DNA of 64,000 nucleotides from Sedimentisphaerales bacterium (GTDB lineage Bacteria > Planctomycetota > Phycisphaerae > Sedimentisphaerales > SM23-30). The stretch covers positions 32,001 to 96,000 of the forward strand of contig CAXXFK010000030.1 in assembly GCA_963663965.2 (NCBI GenBank), written 5' to 3'. Below the pieces are notes generated by a model that was not told where the DNA came from, ran no database searches, and worked only from the letters and a program-made list of their open reading frames with translations. Positions 37,754-48,558 of the stretch are shown one piece after another; position 1 is the first letter of the stretch, and each line of letters begins with the position of its first letter. A program made the translations under genes and the position numbers.

Positions 37754-40388
37754 ATTGGGATTCATTGCCGGATGGTTTGGAATCTGATGGTTTAATGGAG
37801 TCGATAAATTCGCGGAACCAGGGTTTGTCTTTCATGGCGGCCAGGTCCGGGTCCTGTTCGATATAATCCGCATCGATGCTTCGCGTTTTTGTTGTGGAAT
37901 TTTTCAGATTGGCAAGGCATTTGGCCTCGTCGCCCAGCAAGGCATAAACACAAGCGAGATTGTAGGCGGCCCCCCCCAGTTTTTCGGTTAGCTGATCGAT
38001 GCGCAAGAAAAGTTGTTCGGCTTGTTGCAGGCAATAGCGGCGCTGGTCGCCATCCAGTTGATGAGCCTGGTTGATATAATCGCAGCCAACCACGGTAAGC
38101 AATATTTCGTCCTGGGGCGCGACATTTAAAGCGACCCGGCATATATCGGCGGCAAGCTTGCGTTCGGGGCTGTTCTGGTTGTATCGCGTATCCGTGAAAT
38201 ACGTATAGTAGAGCGCGTAGGCATAGCCGGTGGCGGCTCCAGGCAAGGTAGGACGGTATTCATAGGCTTTGCGATAGCTGGCGACGCTTTGTTCGAGCAG
38301 GGTTATTTTCTGGTCTCGTTGGGAATAGCTGAGCCGCAGGGCTGTTTGCCCCAAACCGATAAGCGCGTCCACACTCCAGGGCCCCAGTTCGACAGCCCGT
38401 TCAAAGGCCTTGTGGGCTTCCTGGTGCAGAGAGATATTCTGATTGGGATCGTTGGAATTGGCCAGCTGGATCGCCGACCAGGCCAGCATGTTATAGCCGT
38501 CGAACCCATCAGGATTGACTTCGACCGCCTGGCGGTAATAATCCAGCGCCTGGCGGAAATCTTTTTTTGCCAGGCAATCATCCCCCAGCGCCTGCCACTG
38601 GGTAGCGAGTTCTTCAGGATCGCCGGGTTCGATTTGAATTCCGCCAAGAGCATTGTTTTGTGCCTGATTGTTGTTTTCGAGAGTTGCTTCGGCCCCGGCC
38701 CAGGCGATAATGCCCCAGGCGCCGTTATCATTGGCGGAGTTATCGGTCAAGTTAGCGGAACTGCGAATACCACGCAGGCCGATACCGGCCCAGCGGTTGT
38801 TGTGGCACTGATTGTTATGTATAACAGCCACAGAACTTTTTTGTATTAATATCCCACTATAATTATTGTATTCACAAAAATTATTAACTAGTTGGATGTC
38901 TTTAGATTCTTCATTAACTAAAATACCATCCATTTGATTCTGCTGACATTGGTTCGATTTCACAATTATTTCCAATGAGTGGTGGACATTGATCCCATTT
39001 TCAGTATTGTTCGAGCAGGTATTATTGCTAATCTGAAAATTTGCACTATCAACACAATCGATACCTCGACATTTACTCTCACAATAATTCCCTGTGACAT
39101 CTCCCCCTTGTTTACACCTTTTGATATAGATTGATGGCTGATTGGAATTTTCTATATGGTTATTAGTGATGGAACAACTTGTGCAGCTTAAGTTCTCAAG
39201 AGCGATCCCACAACGATTTGGATTCATGCAAGTATTATGGCGGATTGCTAATGTCTTTGTGATTTCGACAATTTGCATGTCATCATAACCGTTGTTTTTA
39301 AGTTGATTATGATTTATCTCTAAATTTTTGATTCCTTTAATATAAATACCGTTTTCGCCGTTATTTTCAATGACATTATTCGCACAAAGCAGTTTTTCAA
39401 GGTTTGAGTTTTCAGCAACGGCCAGACCTATTTTTTTTGATCGAGCTATCTGACAATGTTCAATCTTACCTTCCAAAGCTTTCGCAATATAAATGCCATA
39501 ATCTTTGTTGTTGACACATTGGGTTTTGCTGATTTCGAATTGACCAACATTGTCACGAAAAAAAATACTGTATCCATCACAATTTTCTAGAATATTATCA
39601 GTGATAATATATCTTACCGGCGCATTGGGTTCGAATTTTTTGTAATTGGGATGGCTTGGCTCCCGGGAAATAAATAAACTTCCATGTTTGCATCCACTAA
39701 TTAGATTATTCGAGATTGTTATAGTCTGATTTGCATTGCACACGATCAAACCGGCAGTGCAATTAATAAACTTATTATTCGTTACAAATCCTTTGCAGAA
39801 TTCCAGATGAATGCCATTTGAGCTGATGTTTTGAAACGTACAATTTTCGACAATACATTCCGGAGTCCAATATGCGCTTCCCTCCATGATAGAATTTTCA
39901 AAAAGACAGTTTTTCAAGGTAAAATGTTTGCCATAACCATGAATACCTCGGTCTCCAATTTTGTTAAAATGACAATTTGAAATCTCCAGACTGCTGCCTG
40001 CGGCGTTGATAGCAGTGGTGTTTGAATTGGGATTATGATCATCATGGTTGCCAAGTCGCTGAAAGGTCAGATTGCTGAGCAGAACAACAGGACAGACATC
40101 AATCGTGAAGATATCCGGCTCGCTAATATCTTGCTGGATAATGACGCCGTCACGGCTCTCACCCTGGATATGGATTCGATCTTTTTTTGCAAGGGAGAGA
40201 AATTCAGTATAAGTTCCGTTTTTGATGTAAATCGTGTCGCCGTCAACTGCCCGATCAAGAGCTCCTTGAATAGTAGAAATGTCATCCGGAACGGTTATTA
40301 TATTGGTAGCAGATGTTTCAGACTGGACGGGTCTGGTTGCGAATATTGTTAATAAAACGGTTATCAGGGTCAGTTGGAAATGCTTCAT
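37752..40388 (-). CDS. Secreted right-handed beta-helix (NosD/pectin-lyase-like) plus TPR protein
   Basis: Signal peptide, VPDD.STIQ.A, many I.NN/GI coils, C-terminal TPRs ending YNLAC...DPDL. The start could be 40397 or 40394. Confidence 0.82.
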   Translation of the reverse strand: MKHFQLTLITVLLTIFATRPVQSETSATNIITVPDDISTIQGALDRAVDGDTIYIKNGTYTEFLSLAKKDRIHIQGESRDGVIIQQDISEPDIFTIDVCPVVLLSNLTFQRLGNHDDHNPNSNTTAINAAGSSLEISNCHFNKIGDRGIHGYGKHFTLKNCLFENSIMEGSAYWTPECIVENCTFQNISSNGIHLEFCKGFVTNNKFINCTAGLIVCNANQTITISNNLISGCKHGSLFISREPSHPNYKKFEPNAPVRYIITDNILENCDGYSIFFRDNVGQFEISKTQCVNNKDYGIYIAKALEGKIEHCQIARSKKIGLAVAENSNLEKLLCANNVIENNGENGIYIKGIKNLEINHNQLKNNGYDDMQIVEITKTLAIRHNTCMNPNRCGIALENLSCTSCSITNNHIENSNQPSIYIKRCKQGGDVTGNYCESKCRGIDCVDSANFQISNNTCSNNTENGINVHHSLEIIVKSNQCQQNQMDGILVNEESKDIQLVNNFCEYNNYSGILIQKSSVAVIHNNQCHNNRWAGIGLRGIRSSANLTDNSANDNGAWGIIAWAGAEATLENNNQAQNNALGGIQIEPGDPEELATQWQALGDDCLAKKDFRQALDYYRQAVEVNPDGFDGYNMLAWSAIQLANSNDPNQNISLHQEAHKAFERAVELGPWSVDALIGLGQTALRLSYSQRDQKITLLEQSVASYRKAYEYRPTLPGAATGYAYALYYTYFTDTRYNQNSPERKLAADICRVALNVAPQDEILLTVVGCDYINQAHQLDGDQRRYCLQQAEQLFLRIDQLTEKLGGAAYNLACVYALLGDEAKCLANLKNSTTKTRSIDADYIEQDPDLAAMKDKPWFREFIDSIKPSDSKPSGNESQ

Positions 40389-40421
40389 GATCATCACCTC
40401 TAAACAACAGATATTATCAAA

Positions 40422-41210
40422 TTAAAAGTAGTTCTGAGAAGGATCTGGTGGGAGTTCGATATCCGTACTTAATTTCATATCCCAGGGGAGTCGATTCCAA
40501 GGGCTGCCAGGTGCTTCGATCAGGCGACGATAGGCATCTCGCATACGTTCGCCGGACTTGCGGGTTTGAGTGGCGGACCAGTATTCCCGTCCGATGAGAT
40601 AATTACGACCGAGTTCTTCCCAGGAATGGTAATTGGCCTGCAGGGCCCGGGCGTAGGCCATGATGCGGGTCCAGGCTTCCTCTTCGGTGAGCCAGCCAAG
40701 CGCATAGCCCTCACGACAGAGCATAATCAGCCGGCTCAGATCCCAGGCCAGAATGCCTGCTTCGGGTACCTGATCTTTGTATTTCAAGACGACACGAAAA
40801 TCACGCAGGCTTTCGGATGTCAGGCAGTTGCGGGCCATATAGTCATTGATTTGTTCAGGCGGCAGACTTTTGACTACATTTAATATTTTTTGAAATCCGG
40901 CACGGTGTCCGCGGATTTCCATGCTGCGCAAAGAGGCCAGAAGTTCTTTGCGGCTGGTAATACCCCACCATTCATCCAGGAGTTTCTTGGTTTCCGCCAG
41001 CCCATTCTCATCGGTAATTTGTTCTTCCAATAAATCATGGCGATGGCCATTGTATTCGGCCAGGACTGCTGCGCAAGCCAGGGCCCAGGCCTGGGGGCCT
41101 TCAGTATAGGTTCTGGGCTGTTGAGATGGCCCTTGACCGGCAGTCAGGTTATTGAGAAATAAGATACCCGCAATTAGCAGGCCCGCGGCCAGAATCCACC
41201 ACTTTTTCAT
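40422..41210 (-). CDS. DUF1266-like protein with an N-terminal signal/TM
   Basis: L..WWGI, AWDL.R, Y.SWEE....Y..GR..W and SPW..LPW. Confidence 0.8.
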   Translation of the reverse strand: MKKWWILAAGLLIAGILFLNNLTAGQGPSQQPRTYTEGPQAWALACAAVLAEYNGHRHDLLEEQITDENGLAETKKLLDEWWGITSRKELLASLRSMEIRGHRAGFQKILNVVKSLPPEQINDYMARNCLTSESLRDFRVVLKYKDQVPEAGILAWDLSRLIMLCREGYALGWLTEEEAWTRIMAYARALQANYHSWEELGRNYLIGREYWSATQTRKSGERMRDAYRRLIEAPGSPWNRLPWDMKLSTDIELPPDPSQNYF

Positions 41211-41465
41211 CCGATTGTCTCCGAAAACTGCTCGCAATTATAACATGTATACCGGACTGCCCCTTGACACCTGGAGCAGGTAAGACACTTATATAATAAA
41301 CCTGGTCTATTCGATCATCAAATTAATTTCAAAACTTTTGGGATGAATATTGGAATTTTCGGTTAATCAGTTTTTTAATCAGGATGTTCTAGTCGAATGA
41401 GAGGTTATATCTGGCAAGCGGCTGGTTTTACCTCGGGTCTGCTGGTACGGATGGTTTCTAACGGA

Positions 41466-43667
41466 TTATTTTACCTCAAGTTCCGTTGAGACTGGTTTTG
41501 CTGCGCCAAGGGCGAGGCTGCGGGGGGAGGGGCAGCTGGATGCAATGGTGACCTGGAAGCGGCCGGGTTCGAGGATGCGCTGGCCGTCGTTGTCGACGAT
41601 CTGGAGCAATTTGGGGGTGATTTCAAAGGAGACCTGACTTTTCTGGCCGGGTTTGAGCGCGAGGCGCTGCATGCCTTTGAGGGCATATTGCGGGACGGGG
41701 ACAGAGGCTTGCAGGTCGGTAATATAGAGCTGGGCGACTTCTTCGCCGGCGGTCTGGCCGGTATTGGTGATGGTAGCGGTGATGGTGACGGATTGGCCGG
41801 ATGAAATGGATTGCCGGCTCAGCTTGATGTTGCTGTAGGCGAATTGGGTGTAACTTAAGCCGAAACCGAATGGGTACATGGGTTCTTTGGTCATATAGCG
41901 ATAGGTGCGGCCGGCCATGGCGTAGTCTTCATAAAGGGGCAGATCGGCCAGCGATCTGGGGAAGGTAATGGGCAGGCGTCCGGAAGGAACTGCGTCACCA
42001 AAGAGGACATCGGCGACCGCCTGGCCGCCTTGCTGGCCGGGATACCAGACCAGCAGAAGCGCGTCGGCCAGGTCGTATAATTCGGGACAGACCACCGGGC
42101 TGCCGGTAGTGAGGATGACGACCAGCTTTTTCGCGTTGCGGCGAATTTTCTTGAGGAAGTCGATCTGGTTTTGAGGCAGGTCGATATTGAACCGGTCGCC
42201 TTTGTCGGGCGAAGCAATCGATTCGCCTTCTTCACCTTCGAGCAGGCTGTTGATGCCCAGGCAGGCGATGGTGATATCGGATTCTGCCGCGACGCCGCTG
42301 AACCAGTCGATGGGATTGATGTTGGGGCGATCGAGCAGGGCGCCCTGACGATATTGTACCGAGGTGTGTGGGCTGACTTTGCCGACGATCCCTTCGAGAA
42401 TCGTGACCATGTTTTCGTTCTGGCCGTAATAATTGGCCAGTAGAGAGTCGAGATCGGTAGCCAATGGTCCGCAGACATAGACCTGGCGGAGGTCTTTGGC
42501 GATGGGCAGGGTGTTTTGGGTGTTTTTGAGCAGGACCAGCGATTTGACGGCGGCTTCATGGGCAAGCCGGACATGGGCTTCGCAACCGATTTTATCCGGG
42601 CCGATCTGATTAAACGGCACCCTGTCCGGCGGATCGAACAGGCCCAACCGGAACCGGATCGGCAGCAGATCGGCCAGGTTCATATCGACATCTTTTTCGG
42701 TAATCAGGCCATCTTTAAGAGCCTGGGGCAGGGCGCGATAGGCATCGCCGCAGTTTAGATTACAGCCGGCAAGCAGGGCTGTGGCGGCCGATTCCGCGGC
42801 GGTTTTGACGATCTTGTGGCCCTGGAAGAAGTCGTTGATGGCCCAGCAATCGGAGGTGAAGTAGCCATCAAAACCCCATTGGACACGAAGCACTTCATGC
42901 ATCAGATAGGGATGGGCACAACAGGGATGGCCGTTGGTACGGTTGTAAGCCCCCATGACACCCTGGACCCGTGCTTCGGTGACGAGTGTTTCAAACGCGG
43001 GCAGGTAGGTATCCCAGAGGTCGCGGGGTGAGACGACCGCGTCAAATTCGTGGCGCAGGCCTTCGGGGCCGCTATGGACGGCATAATGTTTGGCGCAGCC
43101 GGCGGCCTGGAGGTAGCGGGGATTGTCACCTTGCAGGCCACGGACAAACGCGCCGGCCATCTGACCGGTGAGGAAAGGGTCTTCGCCGTAGGTTTCCTGG
43201 CCACGGCCCCAGCGCGGATCGCGAAAGATATTGATATTAGGAGTCCAGAAGGTGAGGCCCTGATACTGGCCGCGATAACCCTGGGCGGAGCAGGCATTGA
43301 ACTTGGCGCGGCCTTCGACACCGATGGCCGAACCGATCTGTTGCATCAGGTCGGTATCGAAAGTGGCGGCCATGCCGATGGCCTGGGGGAAGATGGTGGC
43401 CCGACCATTACGCGCGACTCCATGCAGGCATTCGTTCCACCAGTTGTAAGCCGGGATGCCCAGCCGTTCAATGGCGGGGGCGTTCCACATCAACTGGCCC
43501 ATTTTTTCTTCAGGGGTCATGCGACCGATCAGATCGGCAACCCGCTGGGCTTCGGGAAGGCTGGGATTCTGAAAGGGATATTGATATTCTGCTGACCAAC
43601 CCAAAGCGCTTAAGAGGCCCACAATTAATAAAACCGATTTCCAATTGAAGACAAAATGCTTTTTCAT
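41466..43667 (-). CDS. GH3 beta-glucosidase/beta-xylosidase with Fn3-like C-terminus
   Basis: WWNECLHG, RDPRWGRGQETYGEDP, KHY, nucleophile SDCW, and YPFGFGLSYT. Confidence 0.95.
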   Translation of the reverse strand: MKKHFVFNWKSVLLIVGLLSALGWSAEYQYPFQNPSLPEAQRVADLIGRMTPEEKMGQLMWNAPAIERLGIPAYNWWNECLHGVARNGRATIFPQAIGMAATFDTDLMQQIGSAIGVEGRAKFNACSAQGYRGQYQGLTFWTPNINIFRDPRWGRGQETYGEDPFLTGQMAGAFVRGLQGDNPRYLQAAGCAKHYAVHSGPEGLRHEFDAVVSPRDLWDTYLPAFETLVTEARVQGVMGAYNRTNGHPCCAHPYLMHEVLRVQWGFDGYFTSDCWAINDFFQGHKIVKTAAESAATALLAGCNLNCGDAYRALPQALKDGLITEKDVDMNLADLLPIRFRLGLFDPPDRVPFNQIGPDKIGCEAHVRLAHEAAVKSLVLLKNTQNTLPIAKDLRQVYVCGPLATDLDSLLANYYGQNENMVTILEGIVGKVSPHTSVQYRQGALLDRPNINPIDWFSGVAAESDITIACLGINSLLEGEEGESIASPDKGDRFNIDLPQNQIDFLKKIRRNAKKLVVILTTGSPVVCPELYDLADALLLVWYPGQQGGQAVADVLFGDAVPSGRLPITFPRSLADLPLYEDYAMAGRTYRYMTKEPMYPFGFGLSYTQFAYSNIKLSRQSISSGQSVTITATITNTGQTAGEEVAQLYITDLQASVPVPQYALKGMQRLALKPGQKSQVSFEITPKLLQIVDNDGQRILEPGRFQVTIASSCPSPRSLALGAAKPVSTELEVK

Positions 43668-44097
43668 AATAAGAGCTCCCGTAAATAAAATAATACAATT
43701 TGGTCAATTTATAATGGATTTATCTGAACATGGCAATTCAATAACGAACAGTAAGATATTTTGAACAAACGACAGTTGTTCCAGGTGGCGAGTCATCGCA
43801 GATAAAAAAAGCGGATTTTTATTTTGCAATATGATTCATATAACTATATGATTTGAAAAGAATTAGAAAAATATTAGTTACAGGCGGGTCATGACGCAAA
43901 GTCATGCTTGCCAGAGTTGGTGGATTGCGATAGAATTTCTGACAATAGTTTTAATCAGACAAACGCAAGGAGCCGGGGGGAGGGGCCATAGTTGTAACTA
44001 TACCCTTATAATGCAGTTACGGTTCGAAAATCAAGTATAAGCTTTATTGAATAATTCCTCCTGAGCAGTTGGCTAACCGAACAAAAGGAACCCGATT

Positions 44098-45150
44098 GTG
44101 ATCATTGATTCTATATTAGGTTTATTTTCAGTGGATATGGGCATTGACCTGGGTACCTGTAATACGCTGGTTTGTGTCCGGGGCGAGGGTATCGTCCTAA
44201 ACGAACCTTCGGTGGTCGCTGTCAGGAAAGGAACCAACCAGGTCTTGCAGGGCGGAAACGCAGTGGGTCTGGTGGCGAAAGAAATGCTGGGTAAGACACC
44301 GGGTTCGATTTCTGCAATCCGGCCTTTGAAAGATGGGGTTATCAGTGATTTTGAAATAACCGAAGCGATGCTGAGTTATTTTATCCGTAAAGTACATGGC
44401 CGACGAGGATTGATCCGTCCGCGCGTGGTGATTGCAGTGCCATCCGGCATAACGGCGGTTGAAAAACGCGCAGTACTGGATTCTGCGGAGCGAGCCAATG
44501 CGCGAAAGGTATACCTGGTGCAAGAACCGATGGCGGCCGGACTGGGCGCCGGGCTGCCGATTACAGAGCCGACCGCATCCATGATTGTCGATATCGGAGG
44601 CGGAACCACGGAAGTGGCGATCATGTCACTGGCGGATGTCAGTGTGCGGGAATCGGTGCGGGTGGCCGGCGATGATATGGATGACGCCATCATCAATCAT
44701 TTAAAACGCACTTATAACCTGCTGATCGGTGCGCCCCGTGCGGAGAAAATCAAGATTGAAATCGGATCAGCCTCGTCTTTAGACAAAGAGCTGACGATGG
44801 AAGTTGCCGGCCGTGATACTATATCTGGTTTACCCCGAAAGATTGTCATTACCAGTGAAGAGATTCGGGAAGCGCTGAAAGAGCCGGTGTCGGCTATTAT
44901 TGACGCGGTAACGCGAACTCTTGAACGGGCCGAGCCGGAACTGGCCGCGGATTTGATCGATAACGGCATCTGTCTGGCCGGTGGTGGCGCCCTGTTGCGG
45001 CGGCTGGATGTGGTACTGTGTAACGCCACTGGTCTGGCCGTGCGTATCGCAGATGATCCATTGTCATGTGTGGCGCGGGGCACCAGCGTTTATCTGGAAA
45101 ATCTCGAGCTTTGGAAAGACACGCTCGAATCAGACGATATCAATGTCTAG
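44098..45150 (+). CDS. mreB: Rod shape-determining protein MreB
   Basis: GIDLGT, EPSVVA, IRPLKDGVI.DF, EPMAA, VDIGGGTTEVA and GGGALL; GTG start. Confidence 0.97.
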   Translation: MIIDSILGLFSVDMGIDLGTCNTLVCVRGEGIVLNEPSVVAVRKGTNQVLQGGNAVGLVAKEMLGKTPGSISAIRPLKDGVISDFEITEAMLSYFIRKVHGRRGLIRPRVVIAVPSGITAVEKRAVLDSAERANARKVYLVQEPMAAGLGAGLPITEPTASMIVDIGGGTTEVAIMSLADVSVRESVRVAGDDMDDAIINHLKRTYNLLIGAPRAEKIKIEIGSASSLDKELTMEVAGRDTISGLPRKIVITSEEIREALKEPVSAIIDAVTRTLERAEPELAADLIDNGICLAGGGALLRRLDVVLCNATGLAVRIADDPLSCVARGTSVYLENLELWKDTLESDDINV

Positions 45151-45168
45151 TTATTTTGAGTTGTTGCC

Positions 45169-46125
45169 ATGGGTTTCAAAACTCCCGGTTATCTAGGTTA
45201 CAGGGAAGCGTTCATTTACCTGATGGTTGTGTCGCTGATCGCCGTTTGTCTGCCTGCCCGGGTGACCGAGAGATTTGACCATGCCATGGCAAAAATATTG
45301 GGACCATTTTATCTCCGGTCGCGTCAAAGCGGACTGGCGATTTCGGAACAGTTAAGAACGAATGATTCCGATCAGATATCTCCCCGCGAATGGCGTATGT
45401 TGATAGAGGAAACAAAACGCTATCAGATGGAAAACTCCAACTTGCGTCAGGAACTGATCAACCAGAAACAACTCGTCGAGCGACTGGCCGGATTGCGTCA
45501 ATCGCTCCGGATGGAACGAATGAGTTTTGTCGCGGCGTCGGTAATGGGATCGACAGGAAATGCCGCCAGCCGGATTTATCTGCTGGATCATGGTACTGCC
45601 AGCCAGGTGCGCCCTGGATTGTATGCAGTCGGAGGCTCAGATTGGGAAAAAGATGGGGAGCAGACGTCCGATAAGCCCGATATTGGGGTGTCGGATGAAT
45701 CCGTGGCCGGTTATTACGATCATGCTGTGGTAGGCCGGATCGTATCGTCCGGCGCTCAAACAAGCAATTTGCAGTTGATTACTGATCCTGCGTTTCGAGT
45801 GCCGGTGATTATTGAGCCAAGTCCGGAGCGGGGCGAGAACTGGCAAGCGGAAGGAATGCTTATTGGTCAGGGGATGCAGCCGATCATTATTACAATGGTT
45901 TCTTCGAATTATCCGGTTCAGCCCAATGACCCGGTTTTTATCCGTAGCGCGCCGGATACTTTGCCAATCCCGGTTGTAACCGGGAAGGTTCAGTCTGCCC
46001 AGCGTGATGAGAAAAATCCCGTCATGCTGAATATTACCGTCCGGCCAATGATTGAACTGGAACGCCTTAATGAGGTGGTGGTCGTGACCCCTGTGCATGA
46101 AGCGCATACCGAGGAGATTCGCTAA
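45169..46125 (+). CDS. mreC: Rod shape-determining protein MreC
   Basis: TM, coiled coil (EN..LR..L), LLDHG, VGRI, LITDP and P......L.EV.V; directly after mreB. Confidence 0.85.
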   Translation: MGFKTPGYLGYREAFIYLMVVSLIAVCLPARVTERFDHAMAKILGPFYLRSRQSGLAISEQLRTNDSDQISPREWRMLIEETKRYQMENSNLRQELINQKQLVERLAGLRQSLRMERMSFVAASVMGSTGNAASRIYLLDHGTASQVRPGLYAVGGSDWEKDGEQTSDKPDIGVSDESVAGYYDHAVVGRIVSSGAQTSNLQLITDPAFRVPVIIEPSPERGENWQAEGMLIGQGMQPIIITMVSSNYPVQPNDPVFIRSAPDTLPIPVVTGKVQSAQRDEKNPVMLNITVRPMIELERLNEVVVVTPVHEAHTEEIR

Positions 46126-46128
46126 GTT

Positions 46129-46638
46129 ATGCGCTGGATTCCTTTTTTGATATTAACAGTGGTTATCCTGATTTTTCAGGTTGGCATTGTCCCTCCCCTG
46201 GGACTGGGCCCCCAGCGGATAGTGCCCGATTTAATGCTCATGTTAACGGTGGTTCTGGCATTGCGAGGCGAAAAAAACCGCGTATTGCTGGCTTGCTGGA
46301 TCATTGGCACATTTAAAGATCTGGCCAGTGAAGCTCCACTGGGATGTCATGCCCTGACCTATGGCCTGGCGGCAATCTTTATTGTTTCGATTCGTGATTA
46401 TCTTTATGGCAACCGACCGGTCATCCTGATGCTGCTGACTCTGGTTCTGGCTTTTCTGACGCAATTGTTTGAATTATGGCTTTATCTAGTCAGGCAGGGC
46501 GCTTTGATGGAGTCTTTTCGCCCGGCGCTTTTGAATGTGCTGTTTTCCGCCCTGTTTACGGCGGCACTGGCGCCTTATATGAGCTGGTTGATCGCATCGA
46601 TGCATCATCAACTCGGATTACCCGGGCGCCGTAATTGA
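46129..46638 (+). CDS. mreD: Rod shape-determining protein MreD
   Basis: Multi-TM protein with PDL, G..KD and PLG.HAL.Y; follows mreC. Confidence 0.88.
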   Translation: MRWIPFLILTVVILIFQVGIVPPLGLGPQRIVPDLMLMLTVVLALRGEKNRVLLACWIIGTFKDLASEAPLGCHALTYGLAAIFIVSIRDYLYGNRPVILMLLTLVLAFLTQLFELWLYLVRQGALMESFRPALLNVLFSALFTAALAPYMSWLIASMHHQLGLPGRRN

Positions 46639-46811
46639 CAGTGATAAGAAACGGAAATGAATACGATCCGATGTAAAAGAAAAAGCGGTGTTTTTCAGGT
46701 ACAGGGCAAATTTACAGGCAAAAAATTACCTTTAATACACAAAGGAAAAGTTTACTGCTCATCCTTTATCTATTAAAGGTATATGATTAAGGAGTGCTGT
46801 AGTGTCGGCAA

Positions 46812-46982
46812 TTAATGGAACGGAACTACGATGGGCGTGCAGGCAGTCAGGTCGTTAATCTCGACTTTCATCAGGTGATCCAGATATTCCTGCAATTCTT
46901 CTTCACTGAACTGCGAAAGAAACTCCACAGAAGCGGTGAAATTCAAGCTGCGTATCTCTTCGATCAATTCAAATTTAGTCAT
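46812..46982 (-). CDS. Small acidic hypothetical protein (56 aa, not in the ORF track)
   Basis: MTKFELIEEIRSLNFTASVEFLSQFSEEELQEYLDHLMKVEINDLTACTPIVVPFH; GGAG RBS; amphipathic helices. Confidence 0.75.
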   Translation of the reverse strand: MTKFELIEEIRSLNFTASVEFLSQFSEEELQEYLDHLMKVEINDLTACTPIVVPFH

Positions 46983-47364
46983 TTGATTCTGCTCCGTGCC
47001 CGGGGTTATTTATTCTGCTCAAACAAAAGAGCCGGGATTAACCGAGGCTTTCAATCCTGGCGGTAAAATGTATCGACAGCAAGTGTTGCATTTCTTTAAC
47101 GCTTTTCCACCAAGTAATAACGACTTTTTTTTGTCCGATAAAAACTGTCTGGTCAGGCTGAATTTGGCCACTTTATCGGTCCGCCCTTTCGGGCTCAGAA
47201 TTTTACCAGGATACCCAATCGTCTTTCCGGGATTTTCATTCTGGTTGGGGGGGATAATAAAGAGAATTGACCTGTTCTAACGTATAGTTTATTGTCTGGA
47301 TGAATTCATAAAACGCATCAGGATTTTCTGTTACTTCGGACGATGAAAGGATAACATATTAATA

Positions 47365-48450
47365 GTGACCATGTTAGAAACCGATCTCAACGAGAATTGT
47401 TATAACCGGCGTACTCCCAGAAGTCAGCCGAGATTTAAGCTTTGGCATTCAGTGGGTCTGATGCTCACCTACTGGTGTTCAAGCCGGTGTGCCTGCTGTT
47501 ACGTCTATTGCGGTCCCGACGCGGATGTGCAGTCAGAGCCAATGAGTACTGAACTGGCCATCTCCTGCTGGCGGAGTATATTGAGATTGGCCGGTACGCG
47601 CGGCAAGGTCCATATAACTGGCGGAGAGCCTTTTAAACATTATGCCAGAATTAAAGATATATTGCATCGGGCTGGAGAGCTGGCATTATCCGGTTTGGAG
47701 AAGGTTGAGACCAACGCATATTGGTGTATGGATGAATTAACTGCCCGTGAACGACTGACCGAACTGGATCGATTGGGTCTGACACTACTGCAGATCAGTA
47801 CTGATATCTATCATCAGGAATATATCCCAATAGAGCGTGTCCAGTTGTGTTATCGTATTGCCTGTGAGATCCTTGGACACGATCGGGTACGTTTGCGCTG
47901 GCATGAATTTTATGAAAATCCAGTCTTATTGAAAGATCTTGAACCTGACATCCGTGAAGAGCTGCTGCGAGATGAGCTGACGAAGCGTCCCGAACGAATG
48001 GTGGGACGAGCCGGGGATTGTCTGGCCCGCCTGGCTCGGGCCGATGATGAGATACCGGCGATTAAGTTAATTTCTTACCAAGATTTAACCGATTTTAGTT
48101 GTACGGCGATACTAGGAGCAGGCCATGTCCATATTGATGCGGCCGGCCGAGTTTTTTCTGGTACCTGTGCCGGCATCATACTTTGCACCGTTGACAGCAC
48201 CGATGATAATAACCTCTTTGAACAATGGAAGCGATTTGATCCAGAGCGCCATCCAATATGGTCGGTCCTGTTGCATGAAGGTCCTGCGGGCCTTGCCCGG
48301 ATTGCCAGTGAATATGGTTTCGAGCCAGAAACACAATATGCAGGAAAATGCCATTTGTGCTTTGAGGTTCGTAAATACTTGTATAACAAGGGTTTGTTTT
48401 TGGAGTGGCTGGGGCCGGCTTTATGTTATGGCAGTAAAGCGGAAAGTTAA
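47365..48450 (+). CDS. Radical SAM protein
   Basis: CxxxCxxC (CSSRCACC), TGGEPF, ETNA and C-terminal CHLC. Confidence 0.88.
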   Translation: MTMLETDLNENCYNRRTPRSQPRFKLWHSVGLMLTYWCSSRCACCYVYCGPDADVQSEPMSTELAISCWRSILRLAGTRGKVHITGGEPFKHYARIKDILHRAGELALSGLEKVETNAYWCMDELTARERLTELDRLGLTLLQISTDIYHQEYIPIERVQLCYRIACEILGHDRVRLRWHEFYENPVLLKDLEPDIREELLRDELTKRPERMVGRAGDCLARLARADDEIPAIKLISYQDLTDFSCTAILGAGHVHIDAAGRVFSGTCAGIILCTVDSTDDNNLFEQWKRFDPERHPIWSVLLHEGPAGLARIASEYGFEPETQYAGKCHLCFEVRKYLYNKGLFLEWLGPALCYGSKAES

Positions 48451-48558
48451 ATTTAAAGATTTTATAACTTGACGCACTGTTTGGCAGTGCTAAAATTAAC
48501 GTTTCTAATAAGGTGGTCCTTTGCAAACCTTTGCCGTACCCTTAAGTAATGTGTAACT

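Noticed and set aside
43881..43912. c-di-GMP-I riboswitch upstream of mreB (GACGCAAAG)
   Set aside because: Only a CATGAC-GCAAA-GTCATG hairpin; the GGCAAA/GAAA P2 stem and P3 receptor are missing.
46815..47280. + strand ORFs of 83 and 94 aa after mreD
   Set aside because: No protein-like features; the minus-strand 56-aa ORF with an RBS explains the region better.
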